Source of the DNA: Bacilli bacterium
GTDB taxonomy: Bacteria > Bacillota_I > Bacilli_A > RF39 > UBA660
Length of the DNA: 64,000 nt
Assembly: GCA_016283935.1 (NCBI GenBank)
Contig: JAEENX010000007.1
Coordinates: 13,123-77,122 of the forward strand
Direction: 5' to 3'
Shown: positions 41,404 through 51,673 of the stretch, one piece after another
How positions within the stretch are numbered: position 1 is the first letter of the stretch
How the letters are laid out: each line of letters opens with the position of its first letter
Notes under the pieces: model-generated
Told to the model about the DNA's origin: nothing
The model's database searches: none
The model's input: only the letters and a program-made list of their open reading frames with translations
Program-made: the position numbers and the translations under genes

Positions 41404-42954
41404 TTAACAAGAATCTTTACTTTTATCTTTTACTTTTAAAATAATAAGAATAATAGATAATACCACAAGTGAAATCCATAAAAAGATTTTTATAATACTT
41501 TTTAAAGTATCTTTTTTATCTTCTTTCTTCTCTTCCTTTTCAATAGTTGAATTTAATGGTTCTACTTCTAATACTTCTTCATCTTCATATGTATTATATG
41601 TTGGAGAAGAATTATTAGATTTTACTTTTAATGAAGTTGTTTTAGTAACTTTAGAAGTAGATTCTTTTGTAGTTATATTAGAAGTAGCTAACATAGTTGT
41701 TACCACTTCATTTTCTACTTTAGAAGATTTTGTACTACTAGTTGTTGTAGTTTTCTTTAACTTTGTTGTAATAGTCTTTGTTGTACTTAATACTTTTGTA
41801 GTTGTTGATTTACTACTAGTCTTTGTTTCTTTTTGTTTAGTAGTTGTTATATTACTTGTTGATGTTGAAGTTGTTGTTTTATTATTCTTAGTTATATTAA
41901 CTTTAACATCTTTTTCAACAATAAAATCATTGTTAAATATAAAATCTACTATATAAGTACCATTCTTAGAATAATCAATATTAGAAACTATAGTAAAGTT
42001 TTCAACAGTACTATAAGTTACTAAATCTTTTAAATCGAAATTACTGGTTGTTATTTGTTTATCAGATATCTTTACTTTATCTCTAATGTGATAATCACGT
42101 AATTCTTTATAATCATCAATATCAATATATTCTTTTATATTATCTACTTCTTCTATTCTTTTATATATTCCAGTAGAAACTTTAGGTTTACTATAACAAT
42201 GATAATAAGTAACATAATCTTTTTCATAACTATTAGCATATTCAGTTCCAACCAAATAACCAACTATAGGAATAATTTCATTTATATATTCCCTATCTTT
42301 AAAATCAATTACATCTGCTAATACTTTTCTTTTTAATACTTCATTATTTTTGTAATAAAAAGTAATAATACCATTTAATTTATCATCAGCTACAGTCTTT
42401 ATCATAAAATCTTTTATAGGAATAGGATCAAACATAAATGTATAAGTTTGATATTGTACAAAATCTTCTTTTGTCTTTTTATTTTCATCAACAACATTAC
42501 TTGTATCACTTGTAACACTTACTTGTTTAGAATTATTAAATATTCTTAATTCAGTAATAGTATTAGGTGCCATATTATAAAATGTTATTTTATTAATATA
42601 TCCATCTTGAGATTCTAAAGATTGATACCATTTTTTACTTCTATCTGATCTAGACCCAACTGTATATGTTGCATATGGTTCATCTTCATACTTGAACTGA
42701 CAACTACTTTCAGGAACAAATCCATCATCATGTTCTATTTCTACTTGAGTATTATAAACTTTATACTCTTCTACTTTTAATAGATCATTTAATTCAAACA
42801 CTTCTGTAGTACCAATTTTATAATCCCTATAATCAGAATAATAAGTACTAATAGCATGCACATTAACAAATGGTATTATTGTTAATACTAATAACCATAA
42901 TCTTTTCATTTTTTTACCTCCTTCTACTTTATATATACACGGTGCACATGCCAT
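41404..42954 (-). CDS. Secreted Thr/Ser-rich surface protein with a C-terminal TM anchor
   Basis: Signal peptide, TTTSTSTSNITTTKQKETKTSSKSTTTK linker, C-terminal TM. Confidence 0.45.
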   Translation of the reverse strand: MACAPCIYKVEGGKKMKRLWLLVLTIIPFVNVHAISTYYSDYRDYKIGTTEVFELNDLLKVEEYKVYNTQVEIEHDDGFVPESSCQFKYEDEPYATYTVGSRSDRSKKWYQSLESQDGYINKITFYNMAPNTITELRIFNNSKQVSVTSDTSNVVDENKKTKEDFVQYQTYTFMFDPIPIKDFMIKTVADDKLNGIITFYYKNNEVLKRKVLADVIDFKDREYINEIIPIVGYLVGTEYANSYEKDYVTYYHCYSKPKVSTGIYKRIEEVDNIKEYIDIDDYKELRDYHIRDKVKISDKQITTSNFDLKDLVTYSTVENFTIVSNIDYSKNGTYIVDFIFNNDFIVEKDVKVNITKNNKTTTSTSTSNITTTKQKETKTSSKSTTTKVLSTTKTITTKLKKTTTTSSTKSSKVENEVVTTMLATSNITTKESTSKVTKTTSLKVKSNNSSPTYNTYEDEEVLEVEPLNSTIEKEEKKEDKKDTLKSIIKIFLWISLVVLSIILIILKVKDKSKDSC

Positions 42955-43110
42955 TTTACTTGAAATTTATCAAAATTTTTAAAATAAATTTTATTTTCAT
43001 ATGTATACCTATACCCAAAATAAGTTGAATAAAATATCAATTTGTAGTATATTATTAATACCTGAGAGCTTTATATATACTTATTTTTTTATTTAGAAAA
43101 GGAGATATTT

Positions 43111-44781
43111 ATGAAAGACAACAATACATTTACGTCTGTTTTTGCCTTAGGCGGCTTAGGTGAAGTTGGTAAAAACATGTACGTAATAGAACACAAAGAT
43201 GAAATAATTATTATTGATGCCGGTGTCATGTTCCCTGAAGATGATTTACTTGGTATTGACTACGTTATACAAGATGTAACATATTTAAAACAAAATGAAG
43301 ATAAAATTAAAGCTTTAGTTATAACACATGGACATGAAGATCATATAGGTGGTATTACATTCTTATTACAAAGTGTTAAAGTACCAGTTATATATGCTCC
43401 TCAAATAGCACATGATTTAATTCAAAAGAAATTAGTTGAAAAGAATATGCCAACTGATTTATTACAAGTATATAATAAAGATACAGTATTAAAATTTAAG
43501 AATTTTGAAATAGAATTTATTACAACTACTCACTCTATCCCAGATAGTTTTGCAATTGTAGTTAGAACACCAAATGGTGTTATTGTTCATACAGGAGACT
43601 TTAAATTTGACTTAACTCCAATTGGACCAATGGCTGATATTCATAAGATGGCAAGATTAGGAGATGAAGGTGTTAAGTTACTTTTAGGTGAAAGTACTAA
43701 CTCTTTAACTCCAGGTTTCTCTGCATCTGAATCAGTAGTTGATGAAGCTTTAGGAGATGTATTCGTTAAAGAGCAAACTTCTCGTATTATTCTTGCAACA
43801 TTTGCATCTAATATTTATAGAATTAAACATATAGTTGAAACATGTCGTGAAAATAATAGAAAGATCATTACATTTGGTAGATCAATGGAAAATGCTAAAG
43901 ATATAGCATTAAAAAATGGTCTTATTAAAGATGCTACTATTTTTATAGAACCATCTGAAGCTAAGAATTTAAAGAAAAACGAAATTTGTATTTTATGTAC
44001 TGGATCTCAAGGAGAACCACTTGCAGCATTATCAAGAATTGCAGCTGGTACTCATAAACAAGTTAAACTAATGCCAGATGATGTAATTATATTCTCATCT
44101 AACCCTATTCCTGGTAATCGTGCATCAGTTAACCATGTTATTAATAAATTATATTTACAAGGTGTTAAAGTTTATACAAATGAAAATAATGAATCTCTAC
44201 ATACTTCAGGACACGCTAAAGCCGGTGAACTTGAATGGATGTTAAGATTAATTAAACCAGAATACTTCATGCCTATTCATGGTGAATACAGAATGTTAAA
44301 ACAACATACTGAATTAGCTCAAGAATGTGGTATGCCAAAAGATCACACTTTCGTATGTGAAAATGGTGATGTAATCATCATGGACAATGAAGGATGTCAT
44401 CGTGGTAAAAGAGTTCAAGCTGCTACTGTATATGTAGATGGATCTAGAATTGGTGAAATTGGTAATATAGTTTTAAAAGATAGACAATTAATGAGTAAAG
44501 ATGGTGTTTTAATTACTATCTTAAACATTGATAAAAGAAGACATGAATTAATGATTAAACCAAACATTACTACAAGAGGATTCGTTCTTGTTAATGAAAA
44601 TGCTGAATTAATCAAAACTATTGAAGATAAAACTGCTGAAATAGTAACTAATTCATTAAAAAATAGATATAATATAACAGATTTAAAAAATCAATTAATA
44701 TTAGAATTAAATATGTTTATATCTGAAAAAACTGGTAGAAGACCTATGATCTTACCAGTTATCATGGAAATAGAAAAATAA
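43111..44781 (+). CDS. rnj: Ribonuclease J
   Basis: Metallo-beta-lactamase motif HGHEDHIGG and beta-CASP domain; 556 aa. Confidence 0.9.
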   Translation: MKDNNTFTSVFALGGLGEVGKNMYVIEHKDEIIIIDAGVMFPEDDLLGIDYVIQDVTYLKQNEDKIKALVITHGHEDHIGGITFLLQSVKVPVIYAPQIAHDLIQKKLVEKNMPTDLLQVYNKDTVLKFKNFEIEFITTTHSIPDSFAIVVRTPNGVIVHTGDFKFDLTPIGPMADIHKMARLGDEGVKLLLGESTNSLTPGFSASESVVDEALGDVFVKEQTSRIILATFASNIYRIKHIVETCRENNRKIITFGRSMENAKDIALKNGLIKDATIFIEPSEAKNLKKNEICILCTGSQGEPLAALSRIAAGTHKQVKLMPDDVIIFSSNPIPGNRASVNHVINKLYLQGVKVYTNENNESLHTSGHAKAGELEWMLRLIKPEYFMPIHGEYRMLKQHTELAQECGMPKDHTFVCENGDVIIMDNEGCHRGKRVQAATVYVDGSRIGEIGNIVLKDRQLMSKDGVLITILNIDKRRHELMIKPNITTRGFVLVNENAELIKTIEDKTAEIVTNSLKNRYNITDLKNQLILELNMFISEKTGRRPMILPVIMEIEK

Positions 44782-44783
44782 TA

Positions 44784-44806
44784 AAAGGAACTTATTAAAG
44801 TTCCTT
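44784..44806. terminator. Bidirectional terminator between rnj and the flavodoxin gene
   Basis: aaaggaact-tattaa-agttccttt followed by tttttatttt. Confidence 0.6.
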
Positions 44807-45241
44807 TTTTATTTTATCTAATTCTTTTGGATTCTTTGATGGTTCTTGTAAATCAATTATTTTTACATTTTTAAATAACGATTGTACTTTTTTAGTTGCT
44901 TCAGAAGATGTTCCTGACCCACTCCAAAAGATAAATGTAACTTTCTTATTAGATAAATCTATTTTATCTAATACAGTATTTATAGGACTAGATAATCTAG
45001 CATTCCATATAGGAGAACCAATTATTACTTCATCATATTCATCAATATTAGAATCAAAATTAACTAACTTAGATTTATAATCAATGATCGTATAAAATCC
45101 ACCTGTCATAATTTTAAAGAAAAATGATTTAGGCAAATCTTTCTTAGGTATTACTTTTCTAATATCAGCTTTATCTTTTAAATATTCGGCTACTGTATCA
45201 CCATTACCTGTATTACTATAATATATAAATATCTTTTTCAT
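44795..45241 (-). CDS. Flavodoxin-like protein
   Basis: MKKIFIYYSNTGNGDT FMN-binding loop; 148 aa. Confidence 0.5.
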   Translation of the reverse strand: MKKIFIYYSNTGNGDTVAEYLKDKADIRKVIPKKDLPKSFFFKIMTGGFYTIIDYKSKLVNFDSNIDEYDEVIIGSPIWNARLSSPINTVLDKIDLSNKKVTFIFWSGSGTSSEATKKVQSLFKNVKIIDLQEPSKNPKELDKIKKEL

Positions 45242-45249
45242 ATCTTACC

Positions 45250-46095
45250 TCACTTAAAATATAATACTCTTTTTCCCAATTGATTATATTTATCAATTAA
45301 ATTATCCTTATCTGAATATCGTATCATTCCAGTATATGGATCAGAAAATACTGCATATTTTTTATCAGTTGCAATTAATACCATTGCATGTTCATATGTT
45401 TGCCAATATATATCTTGGTCTGTTCCACATTCTTTTCCTAATAAAATATTTTCTGTATTATGTAAATTAATAGTTGCCCAAATAATAACTGGAGTTCCTG
45501 AATTAACTATCTTTTCTACTTCTTTAAAATCTAAACCTGTTTTGGATATTGCTCCTTTTTTATAATTATCAGCAACCTTTTTAATTGGATCATTATAAAC
45601 TCCTCTTGAATCTTCTAAGATTCTAGGATTTCCTATAAATACTTTTTCAGGATTATTAAAACACTCTTCTCCATTAGAATCTATTTCTTTAACTGGTTTA
45701 ATATCTAATTTATCTATTAAATCGTCCGGATTAGTATTTATACCATAATAATTTAATAATATATGTAATGCTATTATTTCACATCCAGTTGGATATAAAG
45801 GATTTTGATTATATGTTGGAAAGTTAATATTTTTTTCATATATACTTGGTCTAGTTGTAGTTGTTGTCGCTGTTGTTGTCTTTTTCTTAGTTGTTGTAAT
45901 CTTTGTTGTTTGTTTAACTGTAGTAGTTTCTTCAACAGTTGTAGTAATAACACTAGTGTTTGTTTCAACATATTCTGTAGTTGGTTCTGTTGTTTTATTA
46001 TCTTTTTGTTCAATATAATCATTTGTTACTACTACACATCCTGTAAGTAAAATAGCACATGTTAATATAACTACTATCTTTTTCATATAACTCAC
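45250..46095 (-). CDS. Lipoprotein with a C39-like (papain-fold) putative cysteine-peptidase domain
   Basis: Lipobox LLTGC, Thr-rich linker, YPTGCEIIALHILLNYYGI (Cys) and YEHAMVLI (His), as in the Peptidase_C39-like family. Confidence 0.45.
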   Translation of the reverse strand: MSYMKKIVVILTCAILLTGCVVVTNDYIEQKDNKTTEPTTEYVETNTSVITTTVEETTTVKQTTKITTTKKKTTTATTTTTRPSIYEKNINFPTYNQNPLYPTGCEIIALHILLNYYGINTNPDDLIDKLDIKPVKEIDSNGEECFNNPEKVFIGNPRILEDSRGVYNDPIKKVADNYKKGAISKTGLDFKEVEKIVNSGTPVIIWATINLHNTENILLGKECGTDQDIYWQTYEHAMVLIATDKKYAVFSDPYTGMIRYSDKDNLIDKYNQLGKRVLYFK

Positions 46096-46138
46096 CTATT
46101 TCAATTATAACACTTAAAAAAGGAGATATTTATCTCCT

Positions 46139-47716
46139 TTACAATAATGTTTCTTTAGGTAGTAAAGTATGATCTTTTATAAAATATGTTTTCTTACATA
46201 TAGTTGTAAAAATTGGTCTATGAGAAACAATTATAAATGCTTGTTTCTTAAAATACTTTTTAATCATATTTGCTACTAGTTTTTCCGATTCAATATTCAT
46301 TCCATTTGATGGATCATCTAATAAGTATAATGTTTTATTTGAAACAATACATCTTATTATATTTATTTTACCTATAATATCATCATTTATTATTACATAC
46401 TTTTCATCTATATAAGTATCTAATCCTTTAGCTAATGAATTATACCAATCCATTAAACCTATTTCTTTAATTAGACTTATTAAATCTTCATCAGTATAAA
46501 TATTACCTAAACATAGATTATCTCTTAAACTTATTTTTAATGTTTTAACTTCCTTAGAAATATACATATGCTCTGGATATCTTATATCTACCGTACCATC
46601 ATAGAAAATATTACCAGATTCAAATTTATATATACCAGCTAATACATTTAATAATGTACTCTTACCTTCTCCTGATTTACCAATGATACCACATGCATCA
46701 CCTTTTACTAATTCAAATTCAGGTATCTTTATAGTTTTATTTGTATCTAAATATCTATATACACCATCTTTAATATTAATCTTTTTCCAATCAGAAAAAT
46801 AAGATAATTCTTCTCTTTCTTTAAAATAAGAATCTAATTCTTTTAAATTATTTACAGTAGTAATAATATTACTAATTGTTGGATTAACCATATATAATAA
46901 TTTCTTTAATTTTAACATTACGACTATTATAGAAATCATTAATCCAAATGCTGTCATAATATTACTTACAATTAATAATGTTGCAACTATTAATACAAAT
47001 AAATAACCAACTAATATATTTGAGAATGTTAAATCGTTATATAAAACTGCTCCATTATCTTTTAAAATAACAATATCATTTTCTTTATTATCATTTAATT
47101 TTTTATAACAAAAATCAAATATATTTAATTTTCTAATAGTTTCTATTTTTAATATATAATCTTTAAATAAATCATTATAATTAGTATTATTTAATTTTTC
47201 ATGATAAGCAGGATTATTATATCTACTTACTAATAAAGCAACTAAACAAATAAAAGATAAGATACCTAATATAAAACTTACTTTATTAATAAAATGAAAT
47301 AATATAATAGTACCAATTATACATGGAATAATATATTCTATAATATCTGATATTATTTTAGTTATGTTATAAGATACTTCTAAAGATTTATTTGCAAATG
47401 CTTCCTTATCTAAATTTTCTATATTAGATGATTTAATTATTTTAGTTTTTTCAAATATATTTAATTCTATATTATGTTTAATATTATGATATGCATCATT
47501 TACAACCTTTTTATATAAGAATTTAAATCCTGTTCTAATAACATATATTATAGCTAAAACTAATAATAAACTTATAAGTTTTCCTTTAGTTAAATCTGTC
47601 TTAATAAAAAAACTAGTTACAATTGCAAATAAGAACCAATTGAAATAAATAGCAGCTCGATATATAGCTGTTTCTATTACCAACGATGTATTGATATTCT
47701 TAAAAATTTCTTTCAT
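46139..47716 (-). CDS. Fused TMD-NBD ABC-type exporter with degenerate ATPase motifs
   Basis: Walker A GIIGKSGEGKST is intact. The signature is replaced by INDDIIGKINIIR, and Walker B reads LYLLDDPSNG with no catalytic Glu. Confidence 0.55.
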   Translation of the reverse strand: MKEIFKNINTSLVIETAIYRAAIYFNWFLFAIVTSFFIKTDLTKGKLISLLLVLAIIYVIRTGFKFLYKKVVNDAYHNIKHNIELNIFEKTKIIKSSNIENLDKEAFANKSLEVSYNITKIISDIIEYIIPCIIGTIILFHFINKVSFILGILSFICLVALLVSRYNNPAYHEKLNNTNYNDLFKDYILKIETIRKLNIFDFCYKKLNDNKENDIVILKDNGAVLYNDLTFSNILVGYLFVLIVATLLIVSNIMTAFGLMISIIVVMLKLKKLLYMVNPTISNIITTVNNLKELDSYFKEREELSYFSDWKKINIKDGVYRYLDTNKTIKIPEFELVKGDACGIIGKSGEGKSTLLNVLAGIYKFESGNIFYDGTVDIRYPEHMYISKEVKTLKISLRDNLCLGNIYTDEDLISLIKEIGLMDWYNSLAKGLDTYIDEKYVIINDDIIGKINIIRCIVSNKTLYLLDDPSNGMNIESEKLVANMIKKYFKKQAFIIVSHRPIFTTICKKTYFIKDHTLLPKETLL

Positions 47717-47763
47717 ACATATAACTCCTATACTGTAATAATATTATACAATATTATATTTTT

Positions 47764-48660
47764 TTAATCTATACTTATATCCTTACAGATACATTCTTTA
47801 TAATCTCTTATTTTATATAAACTATCTATTCTTTCACCTATTATAGTAGTTGAATAAATATACATAGCAGCTGCTTTTAAATGAGCTAAACTAATTACTT
47901 TGTCATCTATATCTTTTCCTATTATTACTTTAAGAAATTCAGCTATATATAAATCTAATGAACCACGCATATTTTCTTTATATATTCTTCCTTCTATTTC
48001 TTTTTCTTCTATAGTATCTAAATAGATAATATCAAAGTCTTTTACTGTTTTAAAAGATATTAAAACACTGGCATTTATACTGGTTTTAAAATCAAATAAA
48101 TCAATTTTATATTTGTCTTTAATAAAAGCATTAACTTTATTACCCAAGCATAATAATAAACATCTATCTTTTAATAATTCTATTAATTCATTTAAACTAA
48201 ATCTTTTAATATAATTAATATCATTTAAATATAATACTATTTTATTATTAGTATTATTAATAATATCTAGATCTAATTCTTCTAAAGAATCTATTACGAA
48301 TATATCATCATCAGATGTTTTAGATATTACATCTTTATATGAAACATATGCATCTGAATAACCACGCATACGATCACAGTAAGGACAAACTCTAGTACTT
48401 CTTTTATCTAAATAAAAAATAGTTTGAGTAGATTCATTAATTCTTTTAATATCTCCAATATCTACATTTTTATTATTTAAAGATAGTAATGCAATTTCAC
48501 CTTGTTTATCATTACCTACTACACCTATAAATTTAGTTTTAAATGTATCTGCAACATTATAAAGAATATTAGAATTACTCTTTCCACCAGATATATATTC
48601 TAATAAATTATTTTTAAAATAATAGTTTGTATATAAATCACCATATGCAATTAATTTCAT
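47764..48660 (-). CDS. Hypothetical protein with a weak ribokinase/pfkB-like N-terminus and a CPYC zinc-ribbon insert
   Basis: LIAYGDL...GGKSNSNILYN pattern; the C-terminal pfkB motif is absent. Confidence 0.3.
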   Translation of the reverse strand: MKLIAYGDLYTNYYFKNNLLEYISGGKSNSNILYNVADTFKTKFIGVVGNDKQGEIALLSLNNKNVDIGDIKRINESTQTIFYLDKRSTRVCPYCDRMRGYSDAYVSYKDVISKTSDDDIFVIDSLEELDLDIINNTNNKIVLYLNDINYIKRFSLNELIELLKDRCLLLCLGNKVNAFIKDKYKIDLFDFKTSINASVLISFKTVKDFDIIYLDTIEEKEIEGRIYKENMRGSLDLYIAEFLKVIIGKDIDDKVISLAHLKAAAMYIYSTTIIGERIDSLYKIRDYKECICKDISID

Positions 48661-48704
48661 ATCTCATCACACATATATTATAGCATAAAAAAACTAGGTA
48701 TAAC

Positions 48705-50039
48705 CTAGTTTATTTGGAACATTTTAGTATATCTACCTTCACCTGAATATACATCAGTCATATCTTCAATATATTCATAATTAGTATATAATTTAGAACC
48801 CCTTTGTTTATAACTATATTTAACTGTTCTAACACCATATAGTAATGATTCTGCAATATATAAATATTCATCATCTTTACCAACAAGTAATGCTGTATGA
48901 CCATTTCTAGCTATTACATCGCCTATTTTATATTTATCTGAATTAGCATATTCATATGTTAAATCATGTCTTGGTCCTAAATCAGACATATCTCTAACAT
49001 CTTCTACTATTCCAGCACCAATGTCTCCTACATCAGTTCCACCATTCATAAGTGCCCATGTTACAAATCCTGAACAATCTAATCCATTAGGTTTTTTAGC
49101 TCCAACAGCCCAACCATCTGTATCATCATAATTTGTTAAAGGACATCCCCAAGTAGCTTTCTTTTCTTTAACATAGTCATCATTTATATTTTTATATCTT
49201 GATTCATTTAAATATAATCCTAAATGATGATATCTTCCTTCACCATCTACTTTTCTTTGACCTTCATAATAAGTATCCAATCTTCCATGTTCATAGAAAT
49301 AAGTTACTTTATATGGGAAAGATAAAGTTAAGAATCTAGCTGCAGCAATAGCACCACCTCTAGTACCACGTCCAGCATAATCTACTCTTTCTTTTAATAA
49401 TTCATCTAAATAATCATTTTGTTCTTCAGTATAAACATTACATGTTAATTTTTGTTTTCCTAAATCAAAGACTGGTTTAACAATCATATCAGTAACAGTA
49501 AATTTAGCTGTTTTAGTAATACCATTTGAAGTTTTTGCAGTAATTACTGCATCTCCTTCACTTACTCCATATACTATTCCATTTTCATCAACTGTTACTA
49601 TGCTATCATCACTTGATGAATAATTGATCTTTTTATCAGGTTCACCTATAAAATCAATTGTAGTATCTAACTCAAACTTCTCACCTATAGCAATATGAAA
49701 TGATTCTAAGTTTAAATCCATACTAATGATTTCATTAGCATCTACATTAAAATTGATTTCATCTTCCCTATTAAAGCTTTTAACTTTTAAAGTATAATCT
49801 CCATTTTCCAAATCAAATTTACAACTATTAGAACTAACTCCATTTACAGTACATTCAATTGGAAAAATATTTGGAACATTAACATTTATTGTAACATTTT
49901 TTGTTTTATTATCATTTACACCTACTGCATAAGTAATACTTTTTATACTAATAGGCAAGTTTAAATATCTATAAGTCACATAACATGTACATATAATTGT
50001 TATTATTAATAAAAATATAACTATAACCCTTTTTTTCAT
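48705..50039 (-). CDS. Big_2-domain NlpC/P60 cell-wall hydrolase (start placed at the second Met)
   Basis: Big_2 (IVTVDENGIVYGVSEGDAVITAKT), NlpC/P60 Cys (LDCSGFVTW) and His (GDVIARNGHTALLVG). The ATG at 50039 follows a hairpin; the track start at 50084 lies inside that hairpin. Confidence 0.65.
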   Translation of the reverse strand: MKKRVIVIFLLIITIICTCYVTYRYLNLPISIKSITYAVGVNDNKTKNVTINVNVPNIFPIECTVNGVSSNSCKFDLENGDYTLKVKSFNREDEINFNVDANEIISMDLNLESFHIAIGEKFELDTTIDFIGEPDKKINYSSSDDSIVTVDENGIVYGVSEGDAVITAKTSNGITKTAKFTVTDMIVKPVFDLGKQKLTCNVYTEEQNDYLDELLKERVDYAGRGTRGGAIAAARFLTLSFPYKVTYFYEHGRLDTYYEGQRKVDGEGRYHHLGLYLNESRYKNINDDYVKEKKATWGCPLTNYDDTDGWAVGAKKPNGLDCSGFVTWALMNGGTDVGDIGAGIVEDVRDMSDLGPRHDLTYEYANSDKYKIGDVIARNGHTALLVGKDDEYLYIAESLLYGVRTVKYSYKQRGSKLYTNYEYIEDMTDVYSGEGRYTKMFQIN

Positions 50040-50087
50040 ATAAATCACTACCAATAATTTAGCACATATAAATAGTTTATACAATAT

Positions 50088-50115
50088 AAAAAGAACTATA
50101 AAAATAGTTCTTTTT
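50088..50115 (-). terminator. Hairpin (attenuator-like) between the large SipW-cognate gene and the NlpC/P60 gene
   Basis: aaaaagaactat-aaaa-atagttcttttt. Confidence 0.4.
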
Positions 50116-51670
50116 AATCAAAACTTTCAGATACTTTTTTGACTGTGATATTAGTGAATATTTCATCTAAAGAAACCTCATTAGAATCGAAATCTAATAC
50201 TAATACACCATCATCTCTTGAATCAAATGTTTCACCTACAGCAATCGTATATGAATTAGGTGAATAATACTTATTTTCACTATTAGCTTTAATACTTGTA
50301 GTAGTTATTACACCTGTCATCCTATTTGGTAAATAACTTGCTTGAGCATCAATAGTTACTTTTGGATTTAATGTTAATTCAATAGTCCATTCATTAATAT
50401 CTTCATCAGTAGTATTTTCAATAGTAAATCCAAATCTATAATGTCTAGCCCATCCATTTATTTGTTTAACACTATATGAAACAGTTGGTTCAACTAAATC
50501 ACTTGGATCTACAGGTTCGTCTGGTTCATCAGGTTCATCAGGTTCATCTGGCTCTTCTGGTTCAGCTACTGGATCTCCTTGAGGAGCATAGTTAGTTGAA
50601 TCTGTTTCAATACCAATTGGTCCATTGTAAGTTACAAGAATTGGATCTTCTTGAGTACCACTTCCACCAGCATACATTACGTCTTCTTTTAAATACATTG
50701 TAGGTCTTACGCCATAAGCATAACTAGCTGCAAGCGCATATATATCACCTTGATACATAGTTACAACAGTATCAGCATAACTTGTAGAATATGCAGGACT
50801 AATAGTCCATTCACCATATTGAGTAGCTAACCATGAATTTTTATAACAATCATTACCCATAGCTAATTCATAACACGCATCATCGTCAACAGAATATCCA
50901 AAATCACTTGGATATGGTAAACCAACATAAGTTAATATTGAGGATGGTCTTGAACTATTATCATTACATCTATTATTAAACCAACTTGATCTACATCCTT
51001 TAGGTGATGCATTACCATTTTCAGATTGCATCAAGAATGCAGGAGTCATATAGCTTGGATTATTATCTATTGAATATGGATTAGTACTTCCTAAATTCCA
51101 ATATACTTTTTCAACCATACTAGCAGCTGTAACTGATAATCCTTTATAATCACATTGTTTAGAAGACATTCTACTACCAGTAATACATGTATAATGATTA
51201 TATTCATTATATGATTTATAGTAAAAATTCTTATACAAATAATTATATACTTGAGAAGTTGTAAAATCATTTGTACCATTTCCATTATTATAGTAATAAT
51301 TACTATTCCAAGCTAATCCTTCAACATAATCAGCTCTTGTAATCTTAGTTAATCTTTTTGTTGAATCTTGAGTAGCAACATCAAATGTACCAATTATTCT
51401 CCATAACTCTCCATTATATAAAATATAATTGTTAGGATTTGTTCCTACATATCTAGAAGCATTTCCAACACTTTTAACATCTAATTTTTTAGCTACTTGT
51501 GAGTCAACATACTCAGTTAAACTATTCTTTTTAAATGCTTTAATAACTGCTCCACCAGTTATCATTAATTCAGTATTAAAGGCAGCATAAGAAAAAGTCA
51601 CAACGGATATTGTGACAAAAAACGCGAACATAAAAATTGTATTTCTTATATGTCTGTTCAAAACATTCAC
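50114..51670 (-). CDS. Large secreted protein with a SipW-cognate/TasA-type signal and a (PDE)n repeat
   Basis: N-terminus ...TISVVTFSYAAFNTELMITGGAVIKA compared with the TasA ...TWAAFNDIKSK..ASGTLDL pattern; Y/N/S-rich with Cys pairs; EPEEPDEPDEPDEPDEP repeat. Confidence 0.5.
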   Translation of the reverse strand: MNVLNRHIRNTIFMFAFFVTISVVTFSYAAFNTELMITGGAVIKAFKKNSLTEYVDSQVAKKLDVKSVGNASRYVGTNPNNYILYNGELWRIIGTFDVATQDSTKRLTKITRADYVEGLAWNSNYYYNNGNGTNDFTTSQVYNYLYKNFYYKSYNEYNHYTCITGSRMSSKQCDYKGLSVTAASMVEKVYWNLGSTNPYSIDNNPSYMTPAFLMQSENGNASPKGCRSSWFNNRCNDNSSRPSSILTYVGLPYPSDFGYSVDDDACYELAMGNDCYKNSWLATQYGEWTISPAYSTSYADTVVTMYQGDIYALAASYAYGVRPTMYLKEDVMYAGGSGTQEDPILVTYNGPIGIETDSTNYAPQGDPVAEPEEPDEPDEPDEPDEPVDPSDLVEPTVSYSVKQINGWARHYRFGFTIENTTDEDINEWTIELTLNPKVTIDAQASYLPNRMTGVITTTSIKANSENKYYSPNSYTIAVGETFDSRDDGVLVLDFDSNEVSLDEIFTNITVKKVSESFD

Positions 51671-51673
51671 TTC

